Shown here: piece after piece, positions 27,770-40,793 of the stretch | Position numbering within the stretch: position 1 is the stretch's first letter | How the letters are laid out: every line of letters starts with the position of its first letter | NCBI RefSeq assembly: GCF_006345805.1 | Contig: NC_043003.1 | Location: 29,884,001 to 29,948,000, forward strand | Length of the DNA: 64,000 nt | DNA from: Octopus sinensis | Lineage: Eukaryota | Direction: 5' to 3' | Notes under the pieces: generated by a model | Database searches by the model: none | What the model saw: only the letters and a program-made list of their open reading frames with translations | What the model was told of the DNA's origin: nothing | Translations under genes and position numbers: made by a program

Positions 27770-29128
27770 GTGCAGTGGAAAGAGTCAAATACCATCCTGC
27801 TATATAAGAAGAGCGATAGAGAAGATCTAAAGAACTACCGACCCATATGCCTGCTGTCTCACGTGTACAAGCTGTTCACAAAGATAATTCTGAACAGGTT
27901 GTCATGTCATCTCAACGAACAACAACCAAGGGAGCAAGTCAGCTTCCGGAAAAACTACAGCATGATGGACCATATATTTACTCTATAAATTTACTCTAAC
28001 ACAACTGCTTGAGCGAGCGAATAAGTACAAGCTTCTTCTTTGCGTTGCATTTGTAGACTATGAGAAGGCCTTTAACAGCGTCAAAACCAACGCAGTGCTG
28101 AACTTGCTGCAGAGGCAAGGAGTCAAGGCACAATATGTGCAACTGCTCAGAGAGGCAAATTCTGGATGCACCACTGACATAGCTCTGCTGTCATCACCCA
28201 TACGAGTGCCGGTCGAGAAGGGAGTGAAGCAAGGAGATGCGATCTCTCCAAAACTTTTCACCGCATGTCTTGAGCAGATCATCAGAGACATCAACTGGCA
28301 AGGCGGTGCCAACATCAATGGCAAGCTACTCACCCACCTCCGTTTCGCTGATAACATTATAATCATTGCTGAAACCATGGATCAGCTTCAGACCATGCTG
28401 ATGGAGTTCAACATCAAAAGCTCTGCAGTAGGTCTCAAGATGAACCTCAAGAAAACAAAGTTCATGCGGTCCGACAATGTACCAACAGGTCGAATGGTGG
28501 TCGGCAGTGATGAAATAGAGGAGGTAAAGGAATATGTCTACCTGGGACAGGAAGTGAATTATTGCCAAGACATCGAAAAGGAGATCTCGTGGAGAGTAAG
28601 GGCCGGATGGAAGGCGTTTAACAGCATAAAGGATGTGCTCAAGGGAAGGTTGGACAGGACCACACACGCCAACCTCATCAACAGCACAGTTCTACTTGCA
28701 ATGTTATATGGTAGTGAAACATGGCTACAACAAAGAGAGAAGAGCAAGATTGGTAACGGCTCAACGAGCCATGGAGAGGTCAATGCTTGGAATCTCGTTG
28801 AGAGAGCATATCAGTAGCAAGGTCATCAGACAGAAGTCCGGCGTGAGGGATGTCATCGCAGAATATACACACAGCAAGTTTAGATGGGCTGGACACGTCG
28901 CCCTGCTGACCGATAATCAGTGGATCTGCGCAGTTGTCGAGTGGTACTTGCGTGAATGGAAACAATCACTCGGAAGGTCACCATAACGGTGGAATTAAGA
29001 TTTTAGGAAGGCGATTGGGACCACGTGGATGAGGAAGGCATGATCCAGAGAGGAGTGAACAGCATACTGTGACCAGCGGTATCAAATGGACGCCCAACAG
29101 ACTGGTTGGTCAAGGTGATCAAGGTGAT
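27770..29128 (+). mobile_element. 5'-truncated RTE LINE of a second, BovB/RTE1-like family
   Basis: NYRPICLLSHVYKLFTK, GVKQGDAISPKLF, LRFADNI, YVYLGQ, KFRWAGHVA; (caaggtgat)2 tail; frameshifted. Confidence 0.9.
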
Positions 29129-29139
29129 ACATGTATATT

Positions 29140-30064
29140 TATAGGATCATCCCAAAAATAATGCAGTTTTTTCAATTGCATGAATGAAAAGTTGGAGGGG
29201 GACGGGATATACTAACTGCATCAACTTGCTTTAAAAGCAGGTAGTAATTTAACCTTGTCTTTATCCTTTGTGCCAGTTTTGAAGAGTGCAGTTCAATTTC
29301 AAAAGTTATTTTTCCAAAGTTATAATGGAAGCGACAAAGGAGCATAATGGCATATTTTGCTTTCTGAGTTCAATGAAAGCAACAACACAATGGAAAATGT
29401 GAGAAATATTAATACAGTATATGGTAATTGGACAATAAGTGTAAGCCAGTTTCAACGGTGGTTCCAGAAATTCCAAGCCGGAAACTACAGCCTAGAAGTC
29501 AGTCCTCATCCTAGTAGATCTGTAGAGATCAACGTGGATGACCTGCAAACCCTGGTAGAACAAAATCCCATCATAACTGTTGCGGAACTGGCAGAGAACC
29601 TTGGATTTGGTCATTCAACCATTCATCGACACCTGCACAAGAAGAAAAACAACCATCTTTGGTTTGAAGATGAAAGGTTTTCTACCATTAGGATAATGTT
29701 TGGCCACATACAGCAAGGATGACATTCCAAAGGCTGGGGCAGTTTGAATGGGAAACGATGCCCCACCCACCATATTCAACAGACATTGTCCCATCTAATT
29801 ATCATTTATTCTGCAGTCTTCAAAATCATTTGCGTGAAAAAAATAGGAATTCTGTAGACCAGGTCAGAACAGTACAGGAGGAATATTTTTCATCACGGAC
29901 AAGTGAATTTTGGAAGAGGGGCCTTGCAAATCTCCCATATAGATGGAAGAGCATCGATGAAAATGAAGGAGAGTTTTTTTTAGATCAAAAAAGAACTTTG
30001 TTTATCTTAATTTTGAAAAATATAAGTGTAAAAAAAAGACGCATTATTTATGGTATGGCCCGAT
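29140..30064 (+). mobile_element. mariner transposon, internally deleted
   Basis: Imperfect TIRs (ggatcatcccaaaaataatgc / gcattatttatggtatggcc); HTH QRWFQKFQAGNYSLE; HPPYSTDIVPSNYHLF. Confidence 0.88.
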
Positions 30065-30084
30065 ATATATTTGTATATATATAG

Positions 30085-31385
30085 GTACACAATCCTTTAT
30101 CCAGAACCCTTGGGGACAGCTGTGTTCTGAATTTCAGATTTTTCTGGATTTTAGAATAAAAGCCAGCTGCCCTAGGTTGTAAACTAGACGGTAACAAAAG
30201 CACGTGTATATCTGCTCACAATCAATGTGAAAACTAAATAGTTGTAGACTAATATACTGGTAAATGAAATAGTGAGAAAATTAAGATCACAAATAACAAA
30301 ATACATATAGTGGGATAATTTAAAATTAAAATACATGATCCACAAGTACAGGTGTACACATTACCATAATATTTCTGCAGAGAGACACATAAGTATTCAC
30401 ACTAATCTGAATAAAGAAAGACTACAAATGGTATTACAGTTTATTCATATGCAAGAGCCATAAATTGGTTCAAACTAGACTAAATATGCAATTGCAGTTA
30501 AGTTGTAGAACAGGATCTATAAGTGTTACCAACATCGTCATCAGGTTGCAAGCAAACCTCTGATGGTGGGCCAGGAACAGGATTCTCAAGTGATAAAGTA
30601 GCATTATAAGAGAGGGCATTTTTAAACACTTCTTCAAGTGTCCTCTGTCTCATTGACATAGGTTTCTGTCTAAATAATATCTCTTTCATTGAGTAAACTC
30701 CCATAATCTGTTGCTCACTGATAAATGCACCTTGTCCAAAGCCAGCTATTAACTGATCACAAATTTTCACCATAGGAAATTTTTCACCTGTTTTCTCTGT
30801 GTCATCATCACTACTGTCTTCATTCTTATCTGTATTTAACATTATGTCAGCAATTTCCCCATTTCTCAAGGAATGCACAACAGAAATGCTGAAAACATTA
30901 CTTTTCACAAGAACTTCAGCAGGGAGATGTACAGAGCAGTTGTCCAGGAACAATAGAATTTTACAGTTTTCTTCCAGTGTAGCTTATCTGCAGTGAACTC
31001 ATACCACTGATACAAAGTGATTATTGAACCAGTCAGAAAATATTTCTCAGGTTACCCATGCTTTCTTGTTTGTGTAATAATGCACAGGTAAACTAACTAT
31101 ACTTTTCAGACATCTTGGACATTGGTTTTTTCCAATGACTGTCAAATTCACTTTGTGTGTACCTGCAGTATTAACATATTTAAGTTAACCTTTCCTTAGC
31201 ATCCTTAAAACCTGCTAGTACTGTCTCATCTGCCATTGTTAAGGTTTTTCTTGGAACGTACAACCAGTACAAAACTGTTTCATCGACATTGTAAATTTTT
31301 TCAGGAGAAAGGTTTTTTAATCAGATACGATCTTGGGAAATTTGTCTGTGTAATTTTCCCCAACTTCATTATCAGCAGAAACTTT
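30085..31385 (-). mobile_element. pogo/Tigger-like DNA transposon remnant
   Basis: LDNCSVH, KAWVT..FSDWFNNHFV and IYNVDET motifs on the minus strand. Confidence 0.75.
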
Positions 31386-31783
31386 TTCTGGTTTCAAGAT
31401 GAAAGGTGTTCTTCTATCAGGATAATGCTTGTCTACATGCAGTGAGGATGACATTCCAAAGGCTGGAGCAGTTTGAATGGGAAACAATGCCCCACCCATC
31501 ATATTCGCCTATGCATTGCCCCATCTGATTCTTGTTTATTCCACAGTCTTCAAAATCATTTGGACAGAAAAAATATGAATTCTGTAGATGAGGTCAGAAC
31601 AGTACTGGAAGAGTATTTTTTGTGACAGATTAGTGAATTTTGTAAGCGAGGCAAGTCTACCAGATAGATGGAAGAGCATTGTGGAAAATGAAAGAGAGTA
31701 TATTTTAGATTAAAAAAGAACTTTATCTTAATTTTGAAAAATAAAAGTATAAGAAAACTGCATTATTTATGGGATGACTCAAT
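31386..31783 (+). mobile_element. mariner 3' fragment (same family as 29140)
   Basis: Homologous to 29655-30064; ends in the right TIR gcattatttatgggatgac. Confidence 0.8.
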
Positions 31784-32124
31784 ACCTAGATTCTAATGTA
31801 TGTATGTATTCTTTTATTCTTTTCATTTATGTGGACACCACCAGTTTTATCACATTTTCAATGGCCATTCTTATGTGATTGGCTTTTGGAGAAGGAGAAA
31901 GTTTAAAATTTGAGTTTTTTGCCAGGGCTTAACCAGTCTTCAGCAGCTTCACATAGCTGTCTGAATTGAACCTCAAACCCTGTTCAAAGATGCCAGGTAT
32001 CATGATGTCACTTTCACTGAAAACACTCCCAAAGGCCACCTTTTCCCACAAAGTATATATGTAAAATATGGGTGCATTTTATGCAAGAGTGTGTCTTGTA
32101 CATCAGCAAATATGATTAAAAAAA

Positions 32125-32450
32125 ACTGGCACTCCGTTGCTAACAATGACGAGGGTTCCGGTTAATCCAATCAATGCAACAGCTTGCTCGTGAGGTTAAC
32201 ATGCAAGTGGTTGAACACTCCACAGACATGCATACCCCTTCACATACTTCTCAGGGAGATTCGGGGTGACACAGAGTGTGACAAGTCTGGCCCCTTGAAA
32301 TACAGGTACTACTCAATTTTGTCAGCTGAGTGGACTGGAGCAACGTGAAATAAAGTGTCTTGCTCAAGGACACTACACTGCTGAGAATTGAACTCGCAAC
32401 CCTACAATCATGAGCCAAATACTCTAACCACTAAGCCATGTGCCTTCCTT
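32125..32450 (-). mobile_element. tRNA-derived SINE
   Basis: Minus-strand head aaggcacatggcttagtggttagagtatttggctcatgattgtagggttgcgagttcaattctc. Confidence 0.7.
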
Positions 32451-33374
32451 CACATAGCAAATATGATATTTATAATGGAAATTATGTATTGACATTTCAG
32501 ATATATTTAACGATACACTTATTTCATGTGTTATGTAATCACTTACAACACACATATCATTAAATACACTCAGAATACCAATAACTAGTTTCTATCCTTA
32601 TTCAAATTATATAAATATCACCATCATCATTTTACAATTTTCCATGCTTGCATGGGTCAGACATAGTTTATTGAACCAGATTTTCTGCAGTCAGATGCCC
32701 TTCCTGTCTCCAACTCTTACCTGTTTCCAAGTACAGTAATATTTCCCCATGACCTGACATATTTTTCACGGAATATTAGAAATGAATAACACTGCTTTCA
32801 TGACAGGACACTCATTTACAACTACTATATGGTGTCAAGCAAAGGAGACACAAATATACACACACAGGCTTCTTTCAGTTCTTAGTTTGACCTGGTATCT
32901 GGTAACATGAATTGCATTTAAGTAAGCCACTGTGTGTGTGTGTGTGTGGGTGGGCACATGGCCATAAGTGGAAATGTTGATTTTAAGACAGAAATTTACC
33001 TATGCTCTACAATTCTTATTTCCAATCTTGATAGAAGGGTATGGTTACTAACTGATGAATATAATATTAGTTTTTAACAGCTGATATAAAGTCCAACTTG
33101 TGCTACATTCCCATTTAACCCTTTTGTTTTCATTTTCTGCTGAAATACACTACATTTATTTCAATTCAATTTTGAAAATGATAAAGAATTTGGTAAAACA
33201 ACTGTCATTATTGCAGAACTAGAGGTGGTCTCAATTGAGTTAGTACCGAAAGGATTATGGTTTCTAGTAGTTACTAGGGTAAAGCTTTTGAACTCTAACA
33301 TTCCTACACCCACTCCAATAAAATCTGACCATTTACCAAACTATACAAAATTCTATTCTATTTTACTATTTCAG

Positions 33375-33481
33375 ACTCTGTATTATCTGTGTTGAAAGCT
33401 TCTGATGTGTTTGAGACTTTACAGAATTCCCTCTATGTGACAACATACGATGCCCTGATGGCAATTGAACTACAAGATGAG
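33375..33481 (+). CDS. SLC26: SLC26 coding exon, STAS end (DSVLSVLKASDVFETLQNSLYVTTYDALMAIELQDE); may read through to TAA at 33502
   Basis: tttcag acceptor, phase-1 join to previous exon, YxTxxDA motif; weak donor GAG|gttaat. Confidence 0.85.
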
Positions 33482-33764
33482 GTTAATATGGCTTACATTT
33501 AATATTTGTTACAATATTCTCTCAATATTTGATCTCACATTCTCTGTTCTTCACTTTCTCTCATATATATATATATATATAATCCTTATCATCATCATCA
33601 TTTAACATTCGTTGTCCCTGTTGGCATGGGTTGGACGGTTTGACCAGGGCTGGTAAGCTGAGGGGTTTGCACCAGACTCCAATCTGACTTGGCATAGTTT
33701 CTACAGCTGGATGCTCTTCCTAATGCCAACCACTCCAGGAGTGTAATGGGTGCTTTTGCATGCC

Positions 33765-34305
33765 ATTGGCAAGGTGTTGTTATCTGTTTGGTGGGATAGG
33801 AAACGTTTAGTCCACTTTAAACTTTTAAACCCCAACCAAATGATGAGAAAAGAGATCTACTGCAAGCAGCTAGAAGAAAAAGTCAGCACTAGAAGAAAAA
33901 CAACCATCTTTGATTTCAAGACAAATGGTGTTCTTCCATCAAGATAATGCTCAGCCACATACAGTGAGGATGACATTCCAAATGCTGGAGCAGTTTTAAC
34001 GGGAAACAATACCCCATCCACCATATTCGCCAAACATTAACCCATCTGATTCTCATTTATTCCACAGTCTTCAAAATCATGTGGACGAAAAAATATGAGT
34101 TCTGTAAACAAGGTCAGAACAGTACTGGAGGAGTATTTTTTGTCACAGACAAGTGAATTTTGTAAGTGGGGCCTTGCAAGTCTACCTGAAAGATGGAAAA
34201 GCATTGAAGGAGAGTATATTTTAGTTTAAAAAAGAACTTTGTTTATCTTAATTTTGAAAAATAAAAGAAGTATAAAAAAATCTGCATTATTTATGGGATG
34301 ATCAA
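33765..34305 (+). mobile_element. mariner 3' half (same family as 29140)
   Basis: KVLLSVWWD, HQDNAQPH, HPPYSP motifs; right TIR present. Confidence 0.85.
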
Positions 34306-34319
34306 TGTATACGCACACA

Positions 34320-35507
34320 CAAGAATAGGCTGACCAAGATACTCTCATGGAATGTGACCAAATGAGCTTTATTTTTAAACAAAGTCCTCTTGTGGTCTAC
34401 ACACTTCTCCTATCAGTGCTGCATTGCTTGGATCCCATTCATGAAGAAGCTTTCAGCCAGTTACTCAAAAAAGTCACTGACAGTGGATATGATATTATCA
34501 TTACTGTGTTACTGGTTCCTAACCAAGTGTTTTTTGATGTTGGGCAACAGATGATAGTTAGATGGGGCTGGATCAGGAGATTAAGGAGGTTGATCAAACA
34601 GTACAAAGTCATAGTCACACACAGCAGCCACTGAAACCAAGGACTTCTGTGCTGGGCTATTGTCCTCATGGAACAAAACTCCTGTCATCAGTTTTCTTGA
34701 GTTTGGTTTTGGTAACCTTTCATAACTCCCTCAGCATGTCGGCATATTACTCTCCATTGATGGTGTAGCCCTTTCCAAAATAGTCAATAAATGTAATGCC
34801 TTTTACATCCCTGAAAAGTGATGCAATCACCTTCCCTGCAGATTAAACCACCTTGGCCTTCTTTGGAGCAGGTGATCAGGGGTATCATCACTGCATCAAT
34901 TCTCTCTTTGTCTCTGGATCAAAGTGATGAACCTAACACTCATCCTCGTTGAAGAAATGCTCAAAGAAACCAGTTGGGTCTATTTTCTCAATCTTTGTCA
35001 TGCCAAGCTCATTGTGCAGAATATTTTTGACTCTCTCATGGGATATGCTAACAGCATTAGCTGTTTGATTTACAGTCAACTGCCTGTCATCCATCAACAT
35101 GTGGTGAACATGATCAATATTTTCCTCAGTGGTGACAGTTGCTGGACGTCCAGACTTTTGATCTTCTTCGAGACTATCTTTTCTAAATTCAGCTGCCTAC
35201 TTTTGCATTGATGATAAAGCTGGTGTGTCATCCCCTAATGTAGCAAGCATGTCACAATGAATGTTCTTGAGGGCTAAATCTTTTTTCTGCAGGTACTTGA
35301 TAACACCACAATGCCAAATTTTGTCCACTTTCAAAAGAAATCACTGCTAGTTACTTTTTAAGTGCTTTTTGAACAGCCAGATGTTTGCTTACCAGGAAAG
35401 AAACAATGCAGTTATTAATAAGAAGAGTCAAAATTAATGCATGCAAGATTTCACAGCTCTAGTATCACCCCATAGTCAGCCTATGAACTTTTCAGCTCAC
35501 CCTCATA
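34320..35507 (-). mobile_element. decayed mariner of a different family
   Basis: aggctgac / gtcagcct inverted termini; minus-strand PHLTIIC (PSDY.LF-like) and HEDN..AH remnants. Confidence 0.7.
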
Positions 35508-36524
35508 CATTTCTGTACTCTTCGAAGTAAGTTCATATTTCCTCATGACCAGACATGTTTTCACAGAAGATTGGAAACAAAGGACTATGACAATGACACT
35601 CATTTGCAACCATCATGTGATGTCAAGACAAGAAAACTCAAATCCATCATCATCATCATCATTCAATGTCCACTTTTTCATGCTTGCATGGATTAAGCAA
35701 AATTCATTGAGGCAGATTTTTTTCCTATGTCTGAATACCCTCCCCGTCACCAACTCTTACTTGTTTCCAAGCAAGGTAATATTCCCACCATGGCCAGACA
35801 TTGTTTCTCATGAGAGATTGGAAAGGAACAGCATCAGTTGTATGACAGTGATGCTCATTTACAATCATCATATGATGTCAAGACAAAGAAACACACCTGC
35901 ACACACGCGTGCACAAAAACATACGTACAATAGGCTTCTTTCAGTTTCTATCATTGAAATCCATTCACAAAGCTTTGATTAGCCTAAGGCTATTATAGGA
36001 GACACTTACCTAAAGTTCCATACAATAGAACAGAACCCAAAACAATGTGGTTGAGAACCAAACTTCATTACCACACAAAGCCTGCATTCAACATGTCTTC
36101 AGAAAGCTACCAGCTGTGATAATGAGATCATTATCATTTGTTATCAAAGCAGTCTTTTCACTTATCTGTCAGTCTGTTATCCTTTTTCTTCTGTTCTTGC
36201 ATTCTGAGTTTAAATTTCAGGCCTTGTGTCTTTAGTAGAAAGGATTATAATTATTATAAAGGGTAGTAATTTGGAAGAATTGTTAGTTTGTCAAAATCCC
36301 TTACAATATTTGTTCTGGCTTTTTACATTGTGAATTCAAATCCCCAAGGTCTTCCTTACCTTTCATCCCTCTGGGATCAACAAAATATTATACCAGTCAA
36401 ACACTGATGTCAATTCTATCAACTAAATCCTTTCCCTCAAAATTACTGGCCTCATATCTATATATGAAATAAATTTTAGAATTGCCTTGCAAAGTTACTA
36501 TTTTTGATTTTTATTGTCTTACAG

Positions 36525-36533
36525 GATGTATAG
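36525..36533 (+). CDS. possible terminal SLC26 exon (DV-stop) followed by 3' UTR
   Basis: Strong acceptor ttttattgtcttacag, in-phase GAT GTA TAG, AATAAA at about 36894. Confidence 0.45.
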   Translation, partial: DV

Positions 36534-36991
36534 AAGCTCATTTTTCGTAACAGCAATGCGTCTGCGATTTGGAAGTTTTTTCTTTGAAGACCTCTACTCA
36601 TAAATCTAAGGAATACAACTGTTCTCTCCATCTAATGACAAACCAAGAGCTAGAGGACATATTCACATTTATTAACCGTGAAACCAATACACAATGCTTG
36701 AATCACAAAGGAAGAATATTTCATCAAACTTAAATTTTAGAAATATATATACAGAAGATATTTTCTTATTATCTAATCCAAGCACATATATATGTTCTTT
36801 TCTTAATGCATGATGCATATTATTATCTTTAAAAAATACATATTATTCAGGTACATGCCACAAGTGGAAACTCAGGACAGACTGCAAGCCATTAATAAAG
36901 TAAATTGTCAACAAAAGCCTCACAATCTGAAAAAAATATTGACAAAAAATATTTACTTACATTATATATTAAGTGTGTATATGTATGTATG

Positions 36992-37052
<61 letters not shown>

Positions 37053-37067
37053 GAAATTAATTTGTGT

Positions 37068-37287
37068 CATCGTCATCATCATCATTTAACGTCCGCTTTC
37101 CATGCTAGCATGGGTTGGACGATTTGACTGAGGTCTGGCGAACTAGATGGCTGCACCAGACTCCAATCTGAACTCTGCCAGATCAGATCTGGTGCAGCCA
37201 TCTGGTTCGTCAGACCTCAGTCAAATCGTCCAACCAACCCATGCTAGCATGGAAAGCGGACGTTAAATGATGATGATGATGATGATG
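37068..37287. repeat. head-to-head pair of RTE 3' ends forming a long hairpin
   Basis: Left arm catttaacgtccgctttccatgctagcatgggttggacg...ctgcaccaga is the reverse complement of the right arm. Confidence 0.9.
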
Positions 37288-37690
37288 GGAAATTGATTTG
37301 TGTAAAAATCAGTAAGAGTATTCCATCTAATTAGTCTAATATTACTATAAATGCTCCATACTACATGCGTTATATGTGCTACTAATAGTTTCACATACAT
37401 AAGTATATTCATCAGGCACCTAATGAAAGTATATACTTGTGTACGTGAAACTATTAGTAGTACATATAATGCGCTTTCTTCCAAGGAATCTAATGCGCTT
37501 GACTTTCCCTTGGGGGCTGCCCAGATCGGAGCAATCTCAAGATTAATCAGCCGGAATTGCGAAGATGATCCGGTTCTTGACTGATGATTGAGGGCTTCGA
37601 ATGTCCCGTCCGTGTTTTTTGTGTCGTCTTCTAAATGTTTCACGTTCTTGTCCCAGTTTGTATATTTTTTTTACTTTTACATATATATAT

Positions 37691-37737
<47 letters not shown>

Positions 37738-38559
37738 GTGTGTGTGTGTGTGTGTGTATGCATATATATCATATACTTTTTTGTGAAATCTGATGTGTCC
37801 ATGTGTAACATAACTACTGCTTTGGTTCAACTCCCCCCTCTCTCTTCAGTATGTATGGACACAGAAGACAAGAACAATAATATGAATGTGTTCAGTCTGT
37901 CTTCCCCTCCCTCTTTGTTTCTCTGTCTTTTTCTGTATTTATAATGCTTGGTACAAGCAAATACATGTGCTTACAGGTACATATTTATGAATATGACAGC
38001 AGTATAAAATGACTACCTGTCTGTCTGTATGTATGTATTTATGTATGTATATGTATGTGTGTGTACATGTATATGCATGTCTCCTTATATAGAAAAAGGC
38101 AAAGAAGGGTAGAGAGAGATGGGACTAACAAGAAAGAATTCATATATTTTCTTCCAGTATTATAAGCTACTTCTTTTAAAAGATTATGTATCTATCATTA
38201 CTTTTACCTTGAGCTTTCATCCAATACACAAGTTCACACCAGTTTCCTTCATTTAATAATTTCAGAAAACCAATTGAATGATTATTTTCTTACAGTTATT
38301 TTTCTATTCCTCAGCTTCTTCATGGACTAAATTCAGTCTTTAAAGACAATATATCAAAAGATGGCAATGAGTTATATGAAAGTAGATGGCATAAAAAATT
38401 ATATGTATTTTGATCTATTAAATATTTCTTTTATTTCAAAATTGTTTTACCTTTATTCTTTCTTACATAAAAACCAATAATTCAATGAAGCCAAGTATTA
38501 CTTATTCCAGTTATATTCATAGAATAACAGGCCATGCACTAATATATATATATATATCA

Positions 38560-39075
38560 ACATCATCATCATCATCATTTAACATCTGTTTTCCATGCTG
38601 GCATAGGTTGGACGATTTGAATGAGGACTGGCGAACCAGATGTTTGCACCAGGCTCCAATCTGATCTGGCAGAGTTTCTACAGCTGGATGTCCTTCCTAA
38701 CGCCAACCACCCCAAGAGTGTGATGGGTGCTTTTACGTGCCACCGGCACGAGGGCCAGTCTGGCGGTACTAGCAACGGCCACACTCAAATGGTGTTTATT
38801 ACATACCACCTGCACAGGAGTCAGTCCAGCAGCACTGGCAAAAACCTCGCTCGAATGTTTTGTTCACGTACCAGTAAGGCGACGCTGGTAACGATCATGC
38901 TCAAATGGTGCTTTTTACTGCCACCGGCATGGAGGCCAGACAGAGGCTCTGGCAGTGATCCTGCTTAGATGGAGTTGTGAGCACGGGTTCCAGTCATCGA
39001 ATTTGGTTCAATTTCGATTTCACTTGCCCCAACAGGTCTTCGCAAGCAGAGTTTAGTGTCCAATGAAGGAAGGTT
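38560..39075 (-). mobile_element. RTE 3' UTR fragment
   Basis: Reverse complement of the 17015-17549 region, including hairpin units. Confidence 0.85.
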
Positions 39076-39689
39076 TATATATATATATATATCATCATTT
39101 TACATCCACCTCCTTGCTACTGTCATAAGTTGGAAAGTTCGACAAGAGCTAGCAAGCCAAAGGACTGCGCCACGCTCTATAGTCTATTTTGGAATGGTTC
39201 CTATAGCTTTATGCCTTTCCTAATGCCAACCACTTTATAGAGTGTATTGGATGTTTTTTTTATGTGGTACCAGCACCAGGAAGGTCACCAAAAAAACTTG
39301 CAAGATTTGACTCTTCAACTGAGCAGGGAGTAGCATTCAAGGAGGTGGCCTTGTACCAGATGACAAGAGATTAGAGTATGATAGTAGGTGTCTTGTAGGA
39401 GATACATGGTTAATCCAGTTAGAAAAGGAGAGATAGATGGTGAAGATGTGTTGGGGTGTACTTCCAAGTTACTGGGTGAGGTATGTAAGTGAAGTGCTAT
39501 AGATGATTGGATAGGGCGAGGTAAGTGTGCAAGAATATGAAAGAAAAGTGGAAAAAGGTGGATAGGGGAGTGCAGTAAGTGAACACAGATGGAAGAAGTG
39601 AGGATAGGAAAGGGCATAGACATAAATGATGTACCTTTAGGGCTTCGTTTTTACTTGGAAGGATCTTCTCAAGCAATGCAAATCATCAT

Positions 39690-40428
39690 CATCTCAGTCC
39701 TTTGTCAACCCCTCTGTGAGGCCCAACATCTGCAGGTAATTTTTCACTTCATCCCATGTTTTCCTGGTTCTATCTTTTCCTCAGATTCTAATCACATTTA
39801 GCAATTGGCACTTCTTTATGCAGCCATCCTATCCTCATCCACAAGCATCACATAACCAACACAGTTTTCTCTTACACACCACATCTGATGCCTCTTATAC
39901 CCAATTTTTCTCTCAACACTTTTACATGTCATCATATGTGCATGCTAACATTACACATCCAGCAGAGCATGCCTGCTTCATTTCATTCAAACTTTCTCAT
40001 GTCCTCTGTATTCACAGCCCACATTTTCCAATAATACCAACATAAGCATCATACAATCTGCTTTTCATTCTGAGAGAAAGGTCCTTTGCCACCAACAATA
40101 GTAATAGCTCTTGGAACTTACTTCGCCACTTCTGATTCTAGTGACTACTGCTATTAGGCGACTTAGGTAACAGAAAACATCTCCTACCTCCAAAAATGCA
40201 CTTGGGCATTTGAGGGAACCTATTTCCTGTGTATTCTTAGTATTTATTGTTCTTTAACAGCTGTCACACACAAAGACTACTTTCTGTGTTAACCTTCCTG
40301 TGATTCCACTGAACCACTTATGGATTCATAACTTGCAATGGGTGCACAATATAGAATTTCTACCCATGCCTTTACATCAAGTAGAGCCATTTCCCATTTG
40401 TCTGCTTTCTTGCTTACTAGGATTTTGG
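39690..40428 (-). mobile_element. old RTE fragment; part of it is re-duplicated in inverted orientation at 40578-40723
   Basis: Decayed similarity to the RTE RT C-terminal half; arms 40235-40380 and 40578-40723 are reverse complements. Confidence 0.75.
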
Positions 40429-40469
<41 letters not shown>

Positions 40470-40793
40470 TAAAAACAGTAAGATAACAAAAAAAAAGAAA
40501 GAGACCTCAATATTATGTAAATAGAGGAAATTTATCTGTAAAATAATATGTGACAATTATTCAATAGCCAAGATAAATTGATGTAAAAGCATGGGTAGAA
40601 ATTCTATACTATGTACCCATTGCAAGTTATGAATCCATAAGTGATTCAGTGGAATCGCAGGAAGGTTAACACAAAAAGTAGTCTTTATGTGTGACAGCTG
40701 TTCAAGAACAATAAATACTAAGATATATATTTTACAGATATATATATATGTATATATATATATATACACACACAGATATATATATATATACAG

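Larger units (their letters stand above)
749..36533 (+). other. SLC26: SLC26/SulP family anion transporter gene (prestin/pendrin-like), 5' part outside window; TM8-14 plus STAS domain
   Basis: Eleven GT-AG exons splice in frame into SLC26 motifs ([55 protein letters not shown]). Exon sizes 83/148/114/78/96/107/70/../55 match those I recall for human SLC26A4 exons 8-14 and 18. Confidence 0.93.

Noticed and set aside
37575-37615. Hammerhead ribozyme core (CTGATGA...CGAA...GTC); also CTGAAGA at 13620
   Set aside because: GAAA box is not intact and I could not form stems I-III; at best a decayed Penelope-type remnant.
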